A stretch of DNA of 38,517 nt from assembly GCA_903944755.1 (NCBI GenBank), contig CAJATB010000007.1, positions 1 to 38,517 of the forward strand. Direction: 5' to 3'. The DNA comes from an uncultured Bacteroidota bacterium (GTDB lineage Bacteria; Bacteroidota; Bacteroidia; Chitinophagales; Chitinophagaceae). The notes under the pieces were generated by a model, which was not told where the DNA came from, ran no database searches, and was given only the letters and a program-made list of their open reading frames with translations. Below, in pieces: positions 26,556-37,283 of the stretch (position 1 is the stretch's first letter; each line of letters starts with the position of its first letter). Both the position numbers and the translations under genes were made by a program.

Positions 26556-28679
26556 ATGGAAAATGTTCAATGGAAGGTAGATGGCATGAGTTGTACTAAT
26601 TGTGCGTTGTCAATACATAAATATCTACAGAAAGAAGGAATCAGCGAACCTAAGGTAAGTTTTATGGAAGGCGAGATTCAATTTGAATTACCTGAAAATA
26701 TAAATAAGGAAAATTTAATAAAAGGCATTAGTGGGCTAGGATACAAAGTAAGAGGCGAAGACGGCGCAGCACCAAAAAAGAAATGGCTTGACAATAATCA
26801 AGAACGTGCCTTTTTTTGCTTGATTTTTACTTTGCCCTTAATGGTGCACATGCTACCAGGAGTTCATATTCATTTATTAATGAACCCCTATGTTCAATTA
26901 GCATTAACAACACCTGTTTTTATAGTAGGGATGAATTATTTTGGGAAGAGTGCATGGAATAGTTTGACAAAAGGGATACCCAATATGAATGTACTAGTGG
27001 CTATGGGGGCAATAGCCTCCTTTGGATATAGTTTATATGGCACTTTAGCAGCACTAGGGCCAGCTTTTGCATATTATGAAACTACTGCTACCATTTTGAC
27101 CCTTGTATTTTTTGGTAATTATTTAGAAGATGCTTCTGTAGCTTCCACGCAACGTGCATTAAAAGATTTAGTGAAGGCGCAAAAGGTGATGGCAAATATG
27201 ATTGTATTTGATGACCAACACAAAGAAGTAATTTTTAATGTAGAAAGTGAAACTTTAAAAGTGGGTGATTTAATACTCATTAATTCAGGCGAAACTATCC
27301 CAATGGATAGTAAAATTTTATGGGGGGAAGCAAATGTAAATGAATCGATAGTAACTGGGGAAAGCGTACCCGTACATAAAAAAACAACAGACCTGTTATT
27401 GGGCGGTAGTACTGTTGAAAACGGCACTTTAAAGGCCTATGTAACAGCAGTTGGAGACGACACGGTGTTGTCCAATATATTAAAAATGGTTAGAGCTGCA
27501 CAAGGTGAAAAACCACCAGTGCAAATTTTAGCTGATAAAATTAGTGCCGTATTTGTGCCCGTAGTTTTAGGCATTGCAGTACTCACTGTATTAGGGAACC
27601 TTATTATTACCGATATTGGATTTGGCCAAAGTTTATTAAGAGGTATAGCCGTCTTGGTCATTGCTTGTCCATGTGCTATGGGATTGGCTACACCTGCAGC
27701 CATTGCTGTTGGGCTTGGGAGAGGCGCAAGGAATGGTGTACTATTTAAAAATGCAAAAAGTTTAGAAACTTTTAAGAATATAAAGCAAGTAGTATTTGAT
27801 AAAACAGGTACCCTCACTACAGGCTTATTTGAAATTGCAGGAACCAATGTTTTAGAGGGCACTACTTTAGAAGAATTTATTGTCATTGCTTATTCTTTAG
27901 AAAAATATTCCAACCATCCAATTGCGAAATGTATTAGTACCGAATGGAAATCAAAAGAAGAAATTAAATGGGCCACCATTGAGGAAGTAAAAGGAATTGG
28001 CATAAAGGCAACCGATAAACAAGGCAATAACTATTGGGCTGGTTCATTCAAAAGTTTAGTTGATAAAAATGTAGAAGACGGCCATAATGTTTATATCCAA
28101 AAAAATGACAAACTACTTGGCTGGCTAGATGTAGCAGACCAAATACGCCCAGAAGCAAAAGAAGTAATTGAAACACTTCATAAAAAAGGTATCCACACTA
28201 TATTATTAAGCGGGGATAGAAAAGAAAAATGTGAGCAGGTTGGTAAACTATTGGGAATACAAGAAATATTATATGAACAAAGCCCTGCCGATAAACTAAA
28301 TAAGCTAGATGCCTTAACTAAAGCAAATCCAACCGCAATGGTAGGTGACGGAATTAATGATGCACCAGCACTTGCAAAAGCAACTATCGGGATTTCATTA
28401 AGTAACGCATCACATATTGCTATACAAAGTGCACAAGTAATATTAATGAATCAAGGGCTGAAGAATTTACCAATGGCACTTGGTTTAGGAAGTAGAACTT
28501 ATGAAACTATTAAAGAGAATTTGATATGGGCATTCTCCTACAATATCGTTGCAATACCCGTAGCCGCCTTTGGTTTATTAGGTACTTGGGGGCCAACTTA
28601 TGGTGCTTTAATAATGGGATTAAGTGATATTGTACTTGCGCTTAATTCACTTCGTTTGTTCAAGAAAAAATTAGTGTAA
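26556..28679 (+). CDS. Heavy-metal P1B-type ATPase, CopA-like
   Basis: HMA motif GMSCTNC, plus TGES, CPC, DKTGT, HP, GDGINDAP and the TM 'YN'. Start moved to ATG 26556 (MENVQW) because the track start lies upstream of the promoter box. Confidence 0.92.
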   Translation: MENVQWKVDGMSCTNCALSIHKYLQKEGISEPKVSFMEGEIQFELPENINKENLIKGISGLGYKVRGEDGAAPKKKWLDNNQERAFFCLIFTLPLMVHMLPGVHIHLLMNPYVQLALTTPVFIVGMNYFGKSAWNSLTKGIPNMNVLVAMGAIASFGYSLYGTLAALGPAFAYYETTATILTLVFFGNYLEDASVASTQRALKDLVKAQKVMANMIVFDDQHKEVIFNVESETLKVGDLILINSGETIPMDSKILWGEANVNESIVTGESVPVHKKTTDLLLGGSTVENGTLKAYVTAVGDDTVLSNILKMVRAAQGEKPPVQILADKISAVFVPVVLGIAVLTVLGNLIITDIGFGQSLLRGIAVLVIACPCAMGLATPAAIAVGLGRGARNGVLFKNAKSLETFKNIKQVVFDKTGTLTTGLFEIAGTNVLEGTTLEEFIVIAYSLEKYSNHPIAKCISTEWKSKEEIKWATIEEVKGIGIKATDKQGNNYWAGSFKSLVDKNVEDGHNVYIQKNDKLLGWLDVADQIRPEAKEVIETLHKKGIHTILLSGDRKEKCEQVGKLLGIQEILYEQSPADKLNKLDALTKANPTAMVGDGINDAPALAKATIGISLSNASHIAIQSAQVILMNQGLKNLPMALGLGSRTYETIKENLIWAFSYNIVAIPVAAFGLLGTWGPTYGALIMGLSDIVLALNSLRLFKKKLV

Positions 28680-28687
28680 GCCGGCTA

Positions 28688-30400
28688 TTGAAAACCCTCC
28701 AAGACATATTAAAACAATACTGGGGCTACGAAGCATTTAGGCCGCAACAGCTTGCTGTCATTGAAGCAGTTGTTAAAGGCAAGGATGTTTTAACCTTACT
28801 GCCTACTGGAGCAGGCAAGTCCTTGTGTTTTCAAATACCCACTTTGTTTAATGAGGGCATTTGCGTAGTAATAAGCCCTCTTATTGCATTGATGCAGGAC
28901 CAAGTAAAGGATTTAAAAGAAAAGAATATTAGTGCAGTTGCATTGGGGGGACAAATAACAGAGGAAGCGCAAAACGAAATATTGAAAGAAGCGCTTGAAG
29001 GTAAGTTTCGATTTATTTATTGCTCTCCTGAAAAATTAGCACAACAAAAGTTTCAAGATTTTTTGAAACAACTGCCTGTTACCCTATTTGCAATTGATGA
29101 AGCACATTGTATATCCCAATGGGGTTATGATTTTAGACCTAGCTATAGGAAGGTGTCGGTATTAAAAAAATTATTCCCCACTATCCCTATCCTTGCAATG
29201 ACAGCGTCTGCAATACCTGTTGTTCAAAAAGATATTATTGACCAATTGTCCTTGCCTAATGCTGAAGTGATTACTGATTCTTTCCTAAGGCCTAATTTGC
29301 AATATATTGTCCAACAAGTGCCAGTAAAATTACACAGCTTGAGAGGCATTTTAAATGCAACCGAAGGGGCAGTTATTATTTATTGTAACACAAGAAACAA
29401 TGTTACACAGTTATGTACCTTATTAAAAGCATATGGGTATAAGGTTGGCGAATACCACGCAGGTATGTCAATTCAAACTAGACAGGCGGTACAAAAAAAT
29501 TGGATGACAAACACTACTCCAATTGTAGTTTGCACCAACGCATTTGGCATGGGCATCAATAAAGGAGGTGTGCGCCTAGTGGTACATTACGATTTACCAA
29601 ATAGTTTAGAACAGTATTATCAGGAAGCAGGACGTGCAGGACGAGACGGTGCACCCGCAAAAGCTATTTTATTGTATCAAAAAAACGACTGGGAGTATTG
29701 GAATGTAGTCCAAGAAAAAAAATATCCTCCAATAGAAGTGATAAAAAAAGTATTTCAGGATTTAGCCGATTACGTGCAACTGCCCATAGGAATGGGTGAA
29801 AAACAACAGTTCCCATTTGACTTCGATAATTTCTGTACCCGTTTTGATTGGGATAAAATGATAGCAAGAAATGCATTGAATTGGATTCAACAAGAAGGGC
29901 ATGTTCAATTTTCAGCAGCCTCCTTTAAGCCCTCCATGGTGCAAGTAGTAGCTGATCGGCAGAGTATTGAGGAGTTTGCAACCAACAATGCTATTGCTGG
30001 CGTTGTTTTACAAACTTTACTGCGCACTTATGGCGGCATATTAGATAGTCCTCACTATATAAACGAAAACTTATTAGCACAGCTATTACAACGAGATGCA
30101 GCATTTGTTATAAAGAATTTGCATTTATTAACGCTCCATGGACTAATCACCTTTGAACAGAAAGAACAGCAACCTGTTGTGGAATTTCTATGGAATAGAA
30201 GTTCAGCTGCTTTTATGAAATTAGATATTGACCATTATACACTCATGAAAAAGGCTTTTTTAGAAAGAATCAGGCATTTTACTAATTATATTAGGGGAAT
30301 TGGCTTTCCCTGCAGAAGCATGTATTTAGCAAAATACTTTGGAGAAAATGACCCAACTAAATGTGAAATTTGCGACCTTTGTACAAGTACGAAGAATTAG
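28688..30400 (+). CDS. recQ: RecQ-family ATP-dependent DNA helicase (no HRDC domain)
   Basis: Motifs LPTGAGKS, DEAHCISQWGYDFRP, AFGMGI, YYQEAGRAGRDG and a C-terminal Cys4 Zn motif; TTG start. Confidence 0.93.
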   Translation: MKTLQDILKQYWGYEAFRPQQLAVIEAVVKGKDVLTLLPTGAGKSLCFQIPTLFNEGICVVISPLIALMQDQVKDLKEKNISAVALGGQITEEAQNEILKEALEGKFRFIYCSPEKLAQQKFQDFLKQLPVTLFAIDEAHCISQWGYDFRPSYRKVSVLKKLFPTIPILAMTASAIPVVQKDIIDQLSLPNAEVITDSFLRPNLQYIVQQVPVKLHSLRGILNATEGAVIIYCNTRNNVTQLCTLLKAYGYKVGEYHAGMSIQTRQAVQKNWMTNTTPIVVCTNAFGMGINKGGVRLVVHYDLPNSLEQYYQEAGRAGRDGAPAKAILLYQKNDWEYWNVVQEKKYPPIEVIKKVFQDLADYVQLPIGMGEKQQFPFDFDNFCTRFDWDKMIARNALNWIQQEGHVQFSAASFKPSMVQVVADRQSIEEFATNNAIAGVVLQTLLRTYGGILDSPHYINENLLAQLLQRDAAFVIKNLHLLTLHGLITFEQKEQQPVVEFLWNRSSAAFMKLDIDHYTLMKKAFLERIRHFTNYIRGIGFPCRSMYLAKYFGENDPTKCEICDLCTSTKN

Positions 30401-30478
30401 GTACATTTTAACAAAACATTGGAAACCCTTTTAACAGTTCGAATAGTTAAATCCGTTCCTTTACATAAAGCAAACAAT

Positions 30479-31177
30479 ATGGAAGACAAGAAAAAGTATA
30501 AAATTTTATTGTGTGAAGACGATAGCAATTTGGGACTAGTATTAAAGAACTATATCGAGCTAGACGAATACGAGGTAACCTTAGAGCGTGATGGCCGTTT
30601 AGGTTTAGCCGCTTTTCAACGTGAGAAATTTGACCTTTGTTTACTAGATGTCATGATGCCTCATGTAGACGGTTTCACCTTAGCAGAAGAAATTCGCGAC
30701 ATTGATCCTGATGTGCCTTTATTTTTCTTAAGCGCAAAAACACTGAAAGAGGACATCATCCACGGTTACAAACTGGGGGCAGATGACTATATCACAAAAC
30801 CTTTTGATAGTGAAGTATTAATGCTTAAAATAAAAGCAATTATTAAGCGAAACGAAGAAGATAATAAAATTAGCGATAACCAAGAATATGATTTAGGCCA
30901 ATATCATTTCAATCCGAAATTACGTGAACTAAAAATAGGGGAACATACACAAGTACTTTCCCCAAAGGAAAATGAATTGCTAAAAATGCTTGCCGAGCAC
31001 AAAAATGATTTATTGACAAGAGAAAAAGCACTTAAAAAAATATGGGGTAGTGATACCTATTTCAATGGCAGAAGCATGGATGTGTATATTGCTAAACTTA
31101 GAAAATATTTAAAAGAAGATACCCAAATTGAAATTGTGAATATACATGGTAATGGCTTTAGATTAGTTGTACATTAA
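30479..31177 (+). CDS. rprY: OmpR/PhoB-family response regulator (RprY-like), orphan
   Basis: Motifs ILLCEDD, LLDVMMP, GADDYITKPF and IWG.D.YFNGRSMDVYIAKLRK. ATG 30479 is preferred over TTG 30419. Confidence 0.85.
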   Translation: MEDKKKYKILLCEDDSNLGLVLKNYIELDEYEVTLERDGRLGLAAFQREKFDLCLLDVMMPHVDGFTLAEEIRDIDPDVPLFFLSAKTLKEDIIHGYKLGADDYITKPFDSEVLMLKIKAIIKRNEEDNKISDNQEYDLGQYHFNPKLRELKIGEHTQVLSPKENELLKMLAEHKNDLLTREKALKKIWGSDTYFNGRSMDVYIAKLRKYLKEDTQIEIVNIHGNGFRLVVH

Positions 31178-31195
31178 TAATAAATTAACGTAGCT

Positions 31196-31242
31196 AAATA
31201 AAAAAAAGGTCTCGATTTATTGTCGAGACCTTTTTTTTATTT
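31196..31242. terminator. Bidirectional intrinsic terminator between the regulator and ruvB
   Basis: AAAT-A8-GGTCTCGA, loop TTTATTG, TCGAGACC-T8-ATTT; a perfect 20-bp inverted repeat. Confidence 0.92.
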
Positions 31243-31254
31243 TAACTAGTTTTG

Positions 31255-32292
31255 TTACCTGAACAATTCTGGATTATCTATACTTCCCCTATCTCTTTTC
31301 TTTCCTAAGTGTGTGTAAGCTTTTTGCGTTACCTCCCTGCCTCGTGGAGTTCTTTGCAGAAAGCCCTCTTGTATTAAGAATGGCTCATACACTTCTTCAA
31401 TCGTTCCTGACTCCTCGCCTACTGCTGTTGCAATAGTAGTAATACCCACTGGTCCTCCTTTGAACTTCTCTATAATAGCAAGTAATATTCTGTTGTCCAT
31501 CTCATCCAACCCGTGTTCATCCACATTTAAGGCCTTTAGTGCATGCTTAGTAATACCAATATCAACAGTGCCGTCGTTCAATACTTGGGCAAAATCACGA
31601 ACCCTTCTTAATAATCCATTCGCAATTCTTGGCGTCCCTCTACTCCTTCTAGAAATTTCACCAGCAGCCTCCGTATTAATACGCACATCTAAAATACCAG
31701 CACTCCTCATTATAATTTTTTCAATTACAGTTGCTGGGTAATATTCTAAACGTGACTTAATACCAAACCTTGAAAGCAATGGTGCCGTAAGCAAACCACT
31801 CCTTGTGGTAGCCCCAACCAGTGTAAAAGGATTTAAATTAATTTGAATACTTCTTGCATTTGGTCCACTATCAATCATAATATCGATTTTATAGTCTTCC
31901 ATAGCAGAATATAAATATTCTTCTACCACTGTACTTAAGCGGTGAATTTCATCAATAAATAAAACATCATTCGGCTCTAAGCTTGTTAATAAACCTGCCA
32001 AGTCGCTTGGCTTTTCAATTACAGGCCCCGAGGTTTCTTTTATTTGAACACCCATTTCATTCGCCACAATCCTACTAAGCGTGGTTTTACCCAAACCCGG
32101 AGGACCATGAAACAATATATGATCCAAGGCTTCCCCTCGCATTTTGGCTGCCTTAATAAAAATGCTAATATTTTCAATTAGTTGTGGCTGCCCCGCAAAG
32201 GCATCCATTTCAGTAGGCCGAATACTATTTTCAAATTCTCTATCCTGTGGATTTGAATTATTAATAGCAGTATCTAAATTCGGATTGGACAT
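31255..32292 (-). CDS. ruvB: Holliday junction branch migration helicase
   Basis: Motifs [34 protein letters not shown] and RTPRGR. Confidence 0.98.
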   Translation of the reverse strand: MSNPNLDTAINNSNPQDREFENSIRPTEMDAFAGQPQLIENISIFIKAAKMRGEALDHILFHGPPGLGKTTLSRIVANEMGVQIKETSGPVIEKPSDLAGLLTSLEPNDVLFIDEIHRLSTVVEEYLYSAMEDYKIDIMIDSGPNARSIQINLNPFTLVGATTRSGLLTAPLLSRFGIKSRLEYYPATVIEKIIMRSAGILDVRINTEAAGEISRRSRGTPRIANGLLRRVRDFAQVLNDGTVDIGITKHALKALNVDEHGLDEMDNRILLAIIEKFKGGPVGITTIATAVGEESGTIEEVYEPFLIQEGFLQRTPRGREVTQKAYTHLGKKRDRGSIDNPELFR

Positions 32293-32313
32293 TTAATTAT
32301 TTATTTATCAATA

Positions 32314-34410
32314 TTACTTCGCTATTGCGAAAGGCTTGTCTAACAAATGTTCAAAAATAAATTTGCTCTTCAAGTCAACAAAATGTTTCCCTTTCGCACC
32401 GCCCCATCCATGCCTTCCGCCGGGGTATAACATAAACTCAACATCTTTACCATTGTCTTGCAATGCGCTCAATAATTGAACTGAATTTTGCATATGTACA
32501 TTGTCATCCATTGTTCCGTGTACTAATTGCAGTACCCCTTTGAAGTTTTTAATATGCGTCATTACATTTCCCGACTTATATCCTTCTGGATTTTCTTTTG
32601 GTGTGTCCATAAAGCGTTCGGTGTAGTGTGAATCATATAGTTCCCATGTAGTTACGCTTCCCCCAGCCATAGCGTGTGTAAATACTTCCGCGCCGTATGT
32701 TAGGGCGTAACAACTCAAATACCCGCCGTAACTAAATCCTGTTATAGCTATTTTTTTTGCATCCGCATTCCCATTCGCAATAAACCATTTAGCCATTGTC
32801 ATATAATCTTGCATTTCCCAATAACCTAAATTACGGTACATATAGTTTACGCCTTCTTTACCAAAATGCCCGCTAGCCCGATGGTCAAATGCTACTTGTA
32901 TTAGGCCTTCTTTTGCCCAATTTTCTTTTACACTAGGATTCACCCAAGTGTCCATAACAGTCCCCGCATTGGGGCCTCCATAAATACTAACAAGTAAAGG
33001 ATACTTTTTATTTGGATCCATGTTCTTTGGCCAAGTCACTAATGCAGGTAATTCATATAAGCCATCGGCACTTTTAATGCTAATTAATTCTGTTTTTGCA
33101 TAACTAGCATTATTAAAAGTTGAATCGACCGCAATACCTAACACTTCGGTTGTTTTAGTTTTACTATTTATAATACCAATTGCTGTAGGAGTTTTAACAT
33201 TACTATATACTGAAACAAAATGTTTAGCATCTGGCGCTAAGTAAATTTGCGCGTGGTTAAATTCACCAAAAGTTAAACGCTTTAAGTTCTTGCCATCAAA
33301 ACCTACTGCATAAAAATCGTTCCTTGCAGTACTTTCTATACCTCTTGCAGTGATATAAACTGTTTTTGCTTTTTCGTCAATTAACTTAATACCCGTTACA
33401 GTATACTTACCCGTTGTAATCGCATTTTGCAATTGCCCCTCCATATTATACAAATACAAATGATTCCATCCCGACTCATCGGACTGCGCTATGTACCCTT
33501 TATTATTTGCTAAAAAATTAAAGCGCCCGCTTGTTCTATCTTCTAAATCAATCCATGTTTTTTGAAATTCTTTGTATACTTCCTTTTTTGAACCCGTATT
33601 CATGTCTAGTTCATATACTTTCAAATTGTTTTGGCCACGATCCATCCAAGAAACCCACATAGTATTGTTGTTTGGGTTCCAAATAGGCCAACCAAAATAT
33701 TGATCGTCTTGGTCCTTAAAATCAGCCCATGTAATAGCACCTCCTGAAGGGACTGTCCAGCCAATTTTAACCGTAGGATTCTCGTCGCCTGCTTTAGGGT
33801 ACCTTGTCTCTTCCACAAAACCATGCTGCCCTTCACTATTGTAAATTGGGAACATGGGCACTTTGTTTTCATCAAAACGCATGAATGAAATATACTTACT
33901 ATCGGGGCTCCACCAAAAAGCACGGTACTGTGTGGAACGTCCAAAAATTTCTTCAAAATATACCCAACTTGCATAACCATTCAAAATACCTTTAGCAGTG
34001 TCATTTGTAATTGCTGTTTCCTTGTTATCCGCCAAGTTGAGTGTATATAAATTATTATTTTTTGTATACCCTACAAAATTACCATCAGGAGAAAGTGTGG
34101 GATTTTTTTCTTCTGCTACATCAAAAGTTAATTGAGTTTCTGTTCCGTTTTGCTTTAGAAACAAATTTGCATTTTTAACAATTACTTTTTTTGCTTCAGG
34201 TAAAGCAGCAGGTGCTGCTGAATATTGCTTGGTTGTAAGGTTATATAAATAATCCTTGGCAACAGTTTCTTTATTTAATTTTGTATTTACAATTAATTGG
34301 TTGTTGTCAATCCATCGTACAAAACGAGGTAACATACTTTGAGGCATTTGCGCATTTGCCAACAAAAAAGTACTTCCAAAAATTACAAAGAGGGCTAAGT
34401 GTTTTTTCAT
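32314..34410 (-). CDS. S9B dipeptidyl-peptidase IV-like peptidase
   Basis: Signal peptide. WVYFEE and WWSPD in the propeller. Triad GFSYGG (Ser), HGTMDDNV (Asp) and GRHG (His). Confidence 0.92.
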   Translation of the reverse strand: MKKHLALFVIFGSTFLLANAQMPQSMLPRFVRWIDNNQLIVNTKLNKETVAKDYLYNLTTKQYSAAPAALPEAKKVIVKNANLFLKQNGTETQLTFDVAEEKNPTLSPDGNFVGYTKNNNLYTLNLADNKETAITNDTAKGILNGYASWVYFEEIFGRSTQYRAFWWSPDSKYISFMRFDENKVPMFPIYNSEGQHGFVEETRYPKAGDENPTVKIGWTVPSGGAITWADFKDQDDQYFGWPIWNPNNNTMWVSWMDRGQNNLKVYELDMNTGSKKEVYKEFQKTWIDLEDRTSGRFNFLANNKGYIAQSDESGWNHLYLYNMEGQLQNAITTGKYTVTGIKLIDEKAKTVYITARGIESTARNDFYAVGFDGKNLKRLTFGEFNHAQIYLAPDAKHFVSVYSNVKTPTAIGIINSKTKTTEVLGIAVDSTFNNASYAKTELISIKSADGLYELPALVTWPKNMDPNKKYPLLVSIYGGPNAGTVMDTWVNPSVKENWAKEGLIQVAFDHRASGHFGKEGVNYMYRNLGYWEMQDYMTMAKWFIANGNADAKKIAITGFSYGGYLSCYALTYGAEVFTHAMAGGSVTTWELYDSHYTERFMDTPKENPEGYKSGNVMTHIKNFKGVLQLVHGTMDDNVHMQNSVQLLSALQDNGKDVEFMLYPGGRHGWGGAKGKHFVDLKSKFIFEHLLDKPFAIAK

Positions 34411-34432
34411 AGAATTTTATTTCAAGCATTAA

Positions 34433-37183
34433 TTAAATAACAATATTGATCATTTTTCCCTTTACGAATATGAGTTTTTTTATTGGTTTATCCTCAACCC
34501 ATTTTTGCACTAAGGCATTCCCTAAAACGATTGCTTTTACTGCATCTTCCGAAGCGTCTAATGCAATCGAGATATTGGTTCTTACTTTACCATTAATACT
34601 TACCGGATATTCTTTAGCAGTTTCCAATACATACTTTGCTTCAAAAACTGGATACGCCGCGTCCACTATTAACCCCTCATTTTCCAATACCTGCCATAAT
34701 TCTTCTGCAAAATGGGGTGCATAAGGCGCTAATAAAACCAATACTTGAGAAAGGACACTTTTTTTATGGCATCCTAAATCATATAATTCATTAACGCAAA
34801 TCATAAAGGCACTCACTGCAGTATTAAAACTATGCCTCTCTGTATCTTCTTCAATTTTCTTAATGGCCTTGTGCAGCACTTTCAGTTCTTCATTAGTTGG
34901 CGCTTCGTCCACCCAAACCTTTCCCTTCATTTCATCAAAACATAAACGCCAGCATTTTTTTAAGAATCGGTGTACCCCTTCAATTCCCTTTGTATCCCAT
35001 GGTTTACTTTGTTCCACCGGACCCAAAAACATTTCATACATCCTAAAGGTGTCAGCCCCATACTTATTTACCAAGTCATCGGGGTTTACTGTATTGAACT
35101 TCGACTTGGACATTTTCTCCACTTCTACACCGCATATATATTTCCCGTCTTCTAATTCAAAATTTGCATTTGCATAGTCTGGTTTCCATTTTTTAAATGC
35201 AGCAGTATCTAATTCCACGCCATCTACCATATTCACATCCACATGTAATTGATCTACTTCTTGCTTGCCTACTAAACCAGCTGAGATAAAAGTATGTGTT
35301 CCTCTTTTACGGTAAACAAATCGAGAACTTCCTTGAATCATACCCTGATTCAACAATTTTTTAAATGGTTCATCAAACCCAATATGGCCTAAATCATATA
35401 ATACTTTCGTCCACATACGGCTATACAATAAATGTCCTACTGCATGTTCAGTACCTCCAATGTATAAGTCCACCTGTCCCCAATAATCACTTGCCTTTCT
35501 ACTACAAAATTCAACTTCGTTTTGGGGATCCATATAACGGATAAAATACCAACTACTACCCGCAAAACCTGGCATTGTATTGGTCTCGTAATTTTCTGAT
35601 TTCCATGTAGCTATATTGGCTAGCGGACCTTCCCCGTCTGGCCCTGGCCCATAGTTTTCAACAGTAGGTAATAGTAAAGGCAACTCGCTTTCTTTTAATG
35701 GATAAGCAATTCCATTTATCCATTTAATAGGAAATGGTTCCCCCCAATAACGCTGCCTACTAAATGCAGCATCTCGCATTCTATAATTTACTTTAGCCTG
35801 CCCAATACCCATTGCTACTAACTTATCATTCACAATTCCAATGGCTTCTTTTTGTACAATGCCATTTAAAAAATCACTATTAGATAGTTTTGCTTCTTTG
35901 GTAGGGTTTGCATCCACTCCATTAAAGGCGTCTCCAATAATATTGGTAATAGGAATATTGAAATGTTGTGCGAATTTAAAATCTCGGTCATCTCCACACG
36001 GCACTGCCATAATTGCACCAGTACCATAACCTGCTAGTACATATTCGGAAATCCAAATAGGCACTAATTTTTTATTGAAAGGATTGATTACATACGCACC
36101 TGTAAAACAACCTGTGATTTTCTTTTCAGCAATGCGCTCTCTTTCACTTCTACTTTTTACATAGGTAATATATTCCGCCACCGCTTGCTTATGGGTGTCG
36201 GGTGTAATTTGCTCAATTAGCGCATGTTCAGGAGCAACTACCATAAAATCAACACCAAAAACAGTGTCCGGCCTAGTGGTGTAAACCCTTAAGCTTGCAG
36301 GATAATTACTTACTTCAAAATCAATTTCGGCACCATAACTTTTGCCAATCCAATTACTTTGCATCTCCTTCATCGCATCACTAAACTCAATAGTTTCTAA
36401 ACCCGACAATAAACGATCAGCGTATTCAGTAATGCGTAAATACCATTGACGTAATTTTTTCTTTTCAACAGGATGCCCACCCCTTTCACTAAAACCATTA
36501 ATCACTTCATCGTTAGCTAATACTGTCCCCAATGCTTCACACCAATTCACTTCCCCAAATGCACAGAAAGCCAAACGATACTGCATTAAAATAGCTTGTT
36601 GGTCTTTTTCCGAATAGCTCATCCAATCTGCTGCAGTAAATTGCAATTTGCTATCCCCAGGACAAGCGTGTTGTATATTACCTTCATTTTCAAAAATAGC
36701 CACTAAGTGTTTTATGTCGACCGCTTTTTTTGAAGCCCTATCAAAATAACTATTAAATAATTGTAAGAAAATCCATTGTGTCCATTTGTAATAACTGGCA
36801 TCACAGGTTCTTACTTCTCTGTCCCAATCATAACAAAATCCAATATTATCTAACTGATTTCTAAAGTTCTGAATATTATCATTTGTGCATTTTGCAGGAT
36901 GCACGCCATGTTCAATTGCAAATTGCTCGGCAGGAAGCCCAAATGCATCATATCCCATTGGATGAAGCACATTAAACCCTTTCAACCTTTTGTACCTACT
37001 ATAAATATCAGATGCGATATACCCTAATGGGTGACCAACGTGCAATCCAGTGCCACTTGGGTAAGGAAACATATCCAACACATAGCACTTTGGCTTCGTA
37101 CTTTCGTTGCTCACTTTGTAAGACTTTCTTTCCTTCCAAATTGCTTGCCATTTTTGCTCGATGGCCCTAAATTGATACTCCAT
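34433..37183 (-). CDS. leuS: Leucine--tRNA ligase
   Basis: MFPYPSG..LHVGH (HIGH motif), editing domain YTTRPDT and GTGAIMAVP, SRQRYWG, and KMSKS. Confidence 0.98.
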   Translation of the reverse strand: MEYQFRAIEQKWQAIWKERKSYKVSNESTKPKCYVLDMFPYPSGTGLHVGHPLGYIASDIYSRYKRLKGFNVLHPMGYDAFGLPAEQFAIEHGVHPAKCTNDNIQNFRNQLDNIGFCYDWDREVRTCDASYYKWTQWIFLQLFNSYFDRASKKAVDIKHLVAIFENEGNIQHACPGDSKLQFTAADWMSYSEKDQQAILMQYRLAFCAFGEVNWCEALGTVLANDEVINGFSERGGHPVEKKKLRQWYLRITEYADRLLSGLETIEFSDAMKEMQSNWIGKSYGAEIDFEVSNYPASLRVYTTRPDTVFGVDFMVVAPEHALIEQITPDTHKQAVAEYITYVKSRSERERIAEKKITGCFTGAYVINPFNKKLVPIWISEYVLAGYGTGAIMAVPCGDDRDFKFAQHFNIPITNIIGDAFNGVDANPTKEAKLSNSDFLNGIVQKEAIGIVNDKLVAMGIGQAKVNYRMRDAAFSRQRYWGEPFPIKWINGIAYPLKESELPLLLPTVENYGPGPDGEGPLANIATWKSENYETNTMPGFAGSSWYFIRYMDPQNEVEFCSRKASDYWGQVDLYIGGTEHAVGHLLYSRMWTKVLYDLGHIGFDEPFKKLLNQGMIQGSSRFVYRKRGTHTFISAGLVGKQEVDQLHVDVNMVDGVELDTAAFKKWKPDYANANFELEDGKYICGVEVEKMSKSKFNTVNPDDLVNKYGADTFRMYEMFLGPVEQSKPWDTKGIEGVHRFLKKCWRLCFDEMKGKVWVDEAPTNEELKVLHKAIKKIEEDTERHSFNTAVSAFMICVNELYDLGCHKKSVLSQVLVLLAPYAPHFAEELWQVLENEGLIVDAAYPVFEAKYVLETAKEYPVSINGKVRTNISIALDASEDAVKAIVLGNALVQKWVEDKPIKKLIFVKGKMINIVI

Positions 37184-37283
37184 TGTAAATCATTTCTTTA
37201 TTTAAGGGGGAAGAAAAGGTGCATTTCCTTAATGAAAAGCTAAAAGAGGCTTCTCGGGGTAAAAAATGTCACATTTCAACCTG

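Noticed and set aside
3971-37243. Remaining short ORFs in the track nested in or antisense to long genes (e.g. 16449-16925, 27437-27886, 33621-33980)
   Set aside because: They overlap confidently identified genes and show no recognisable motifs.
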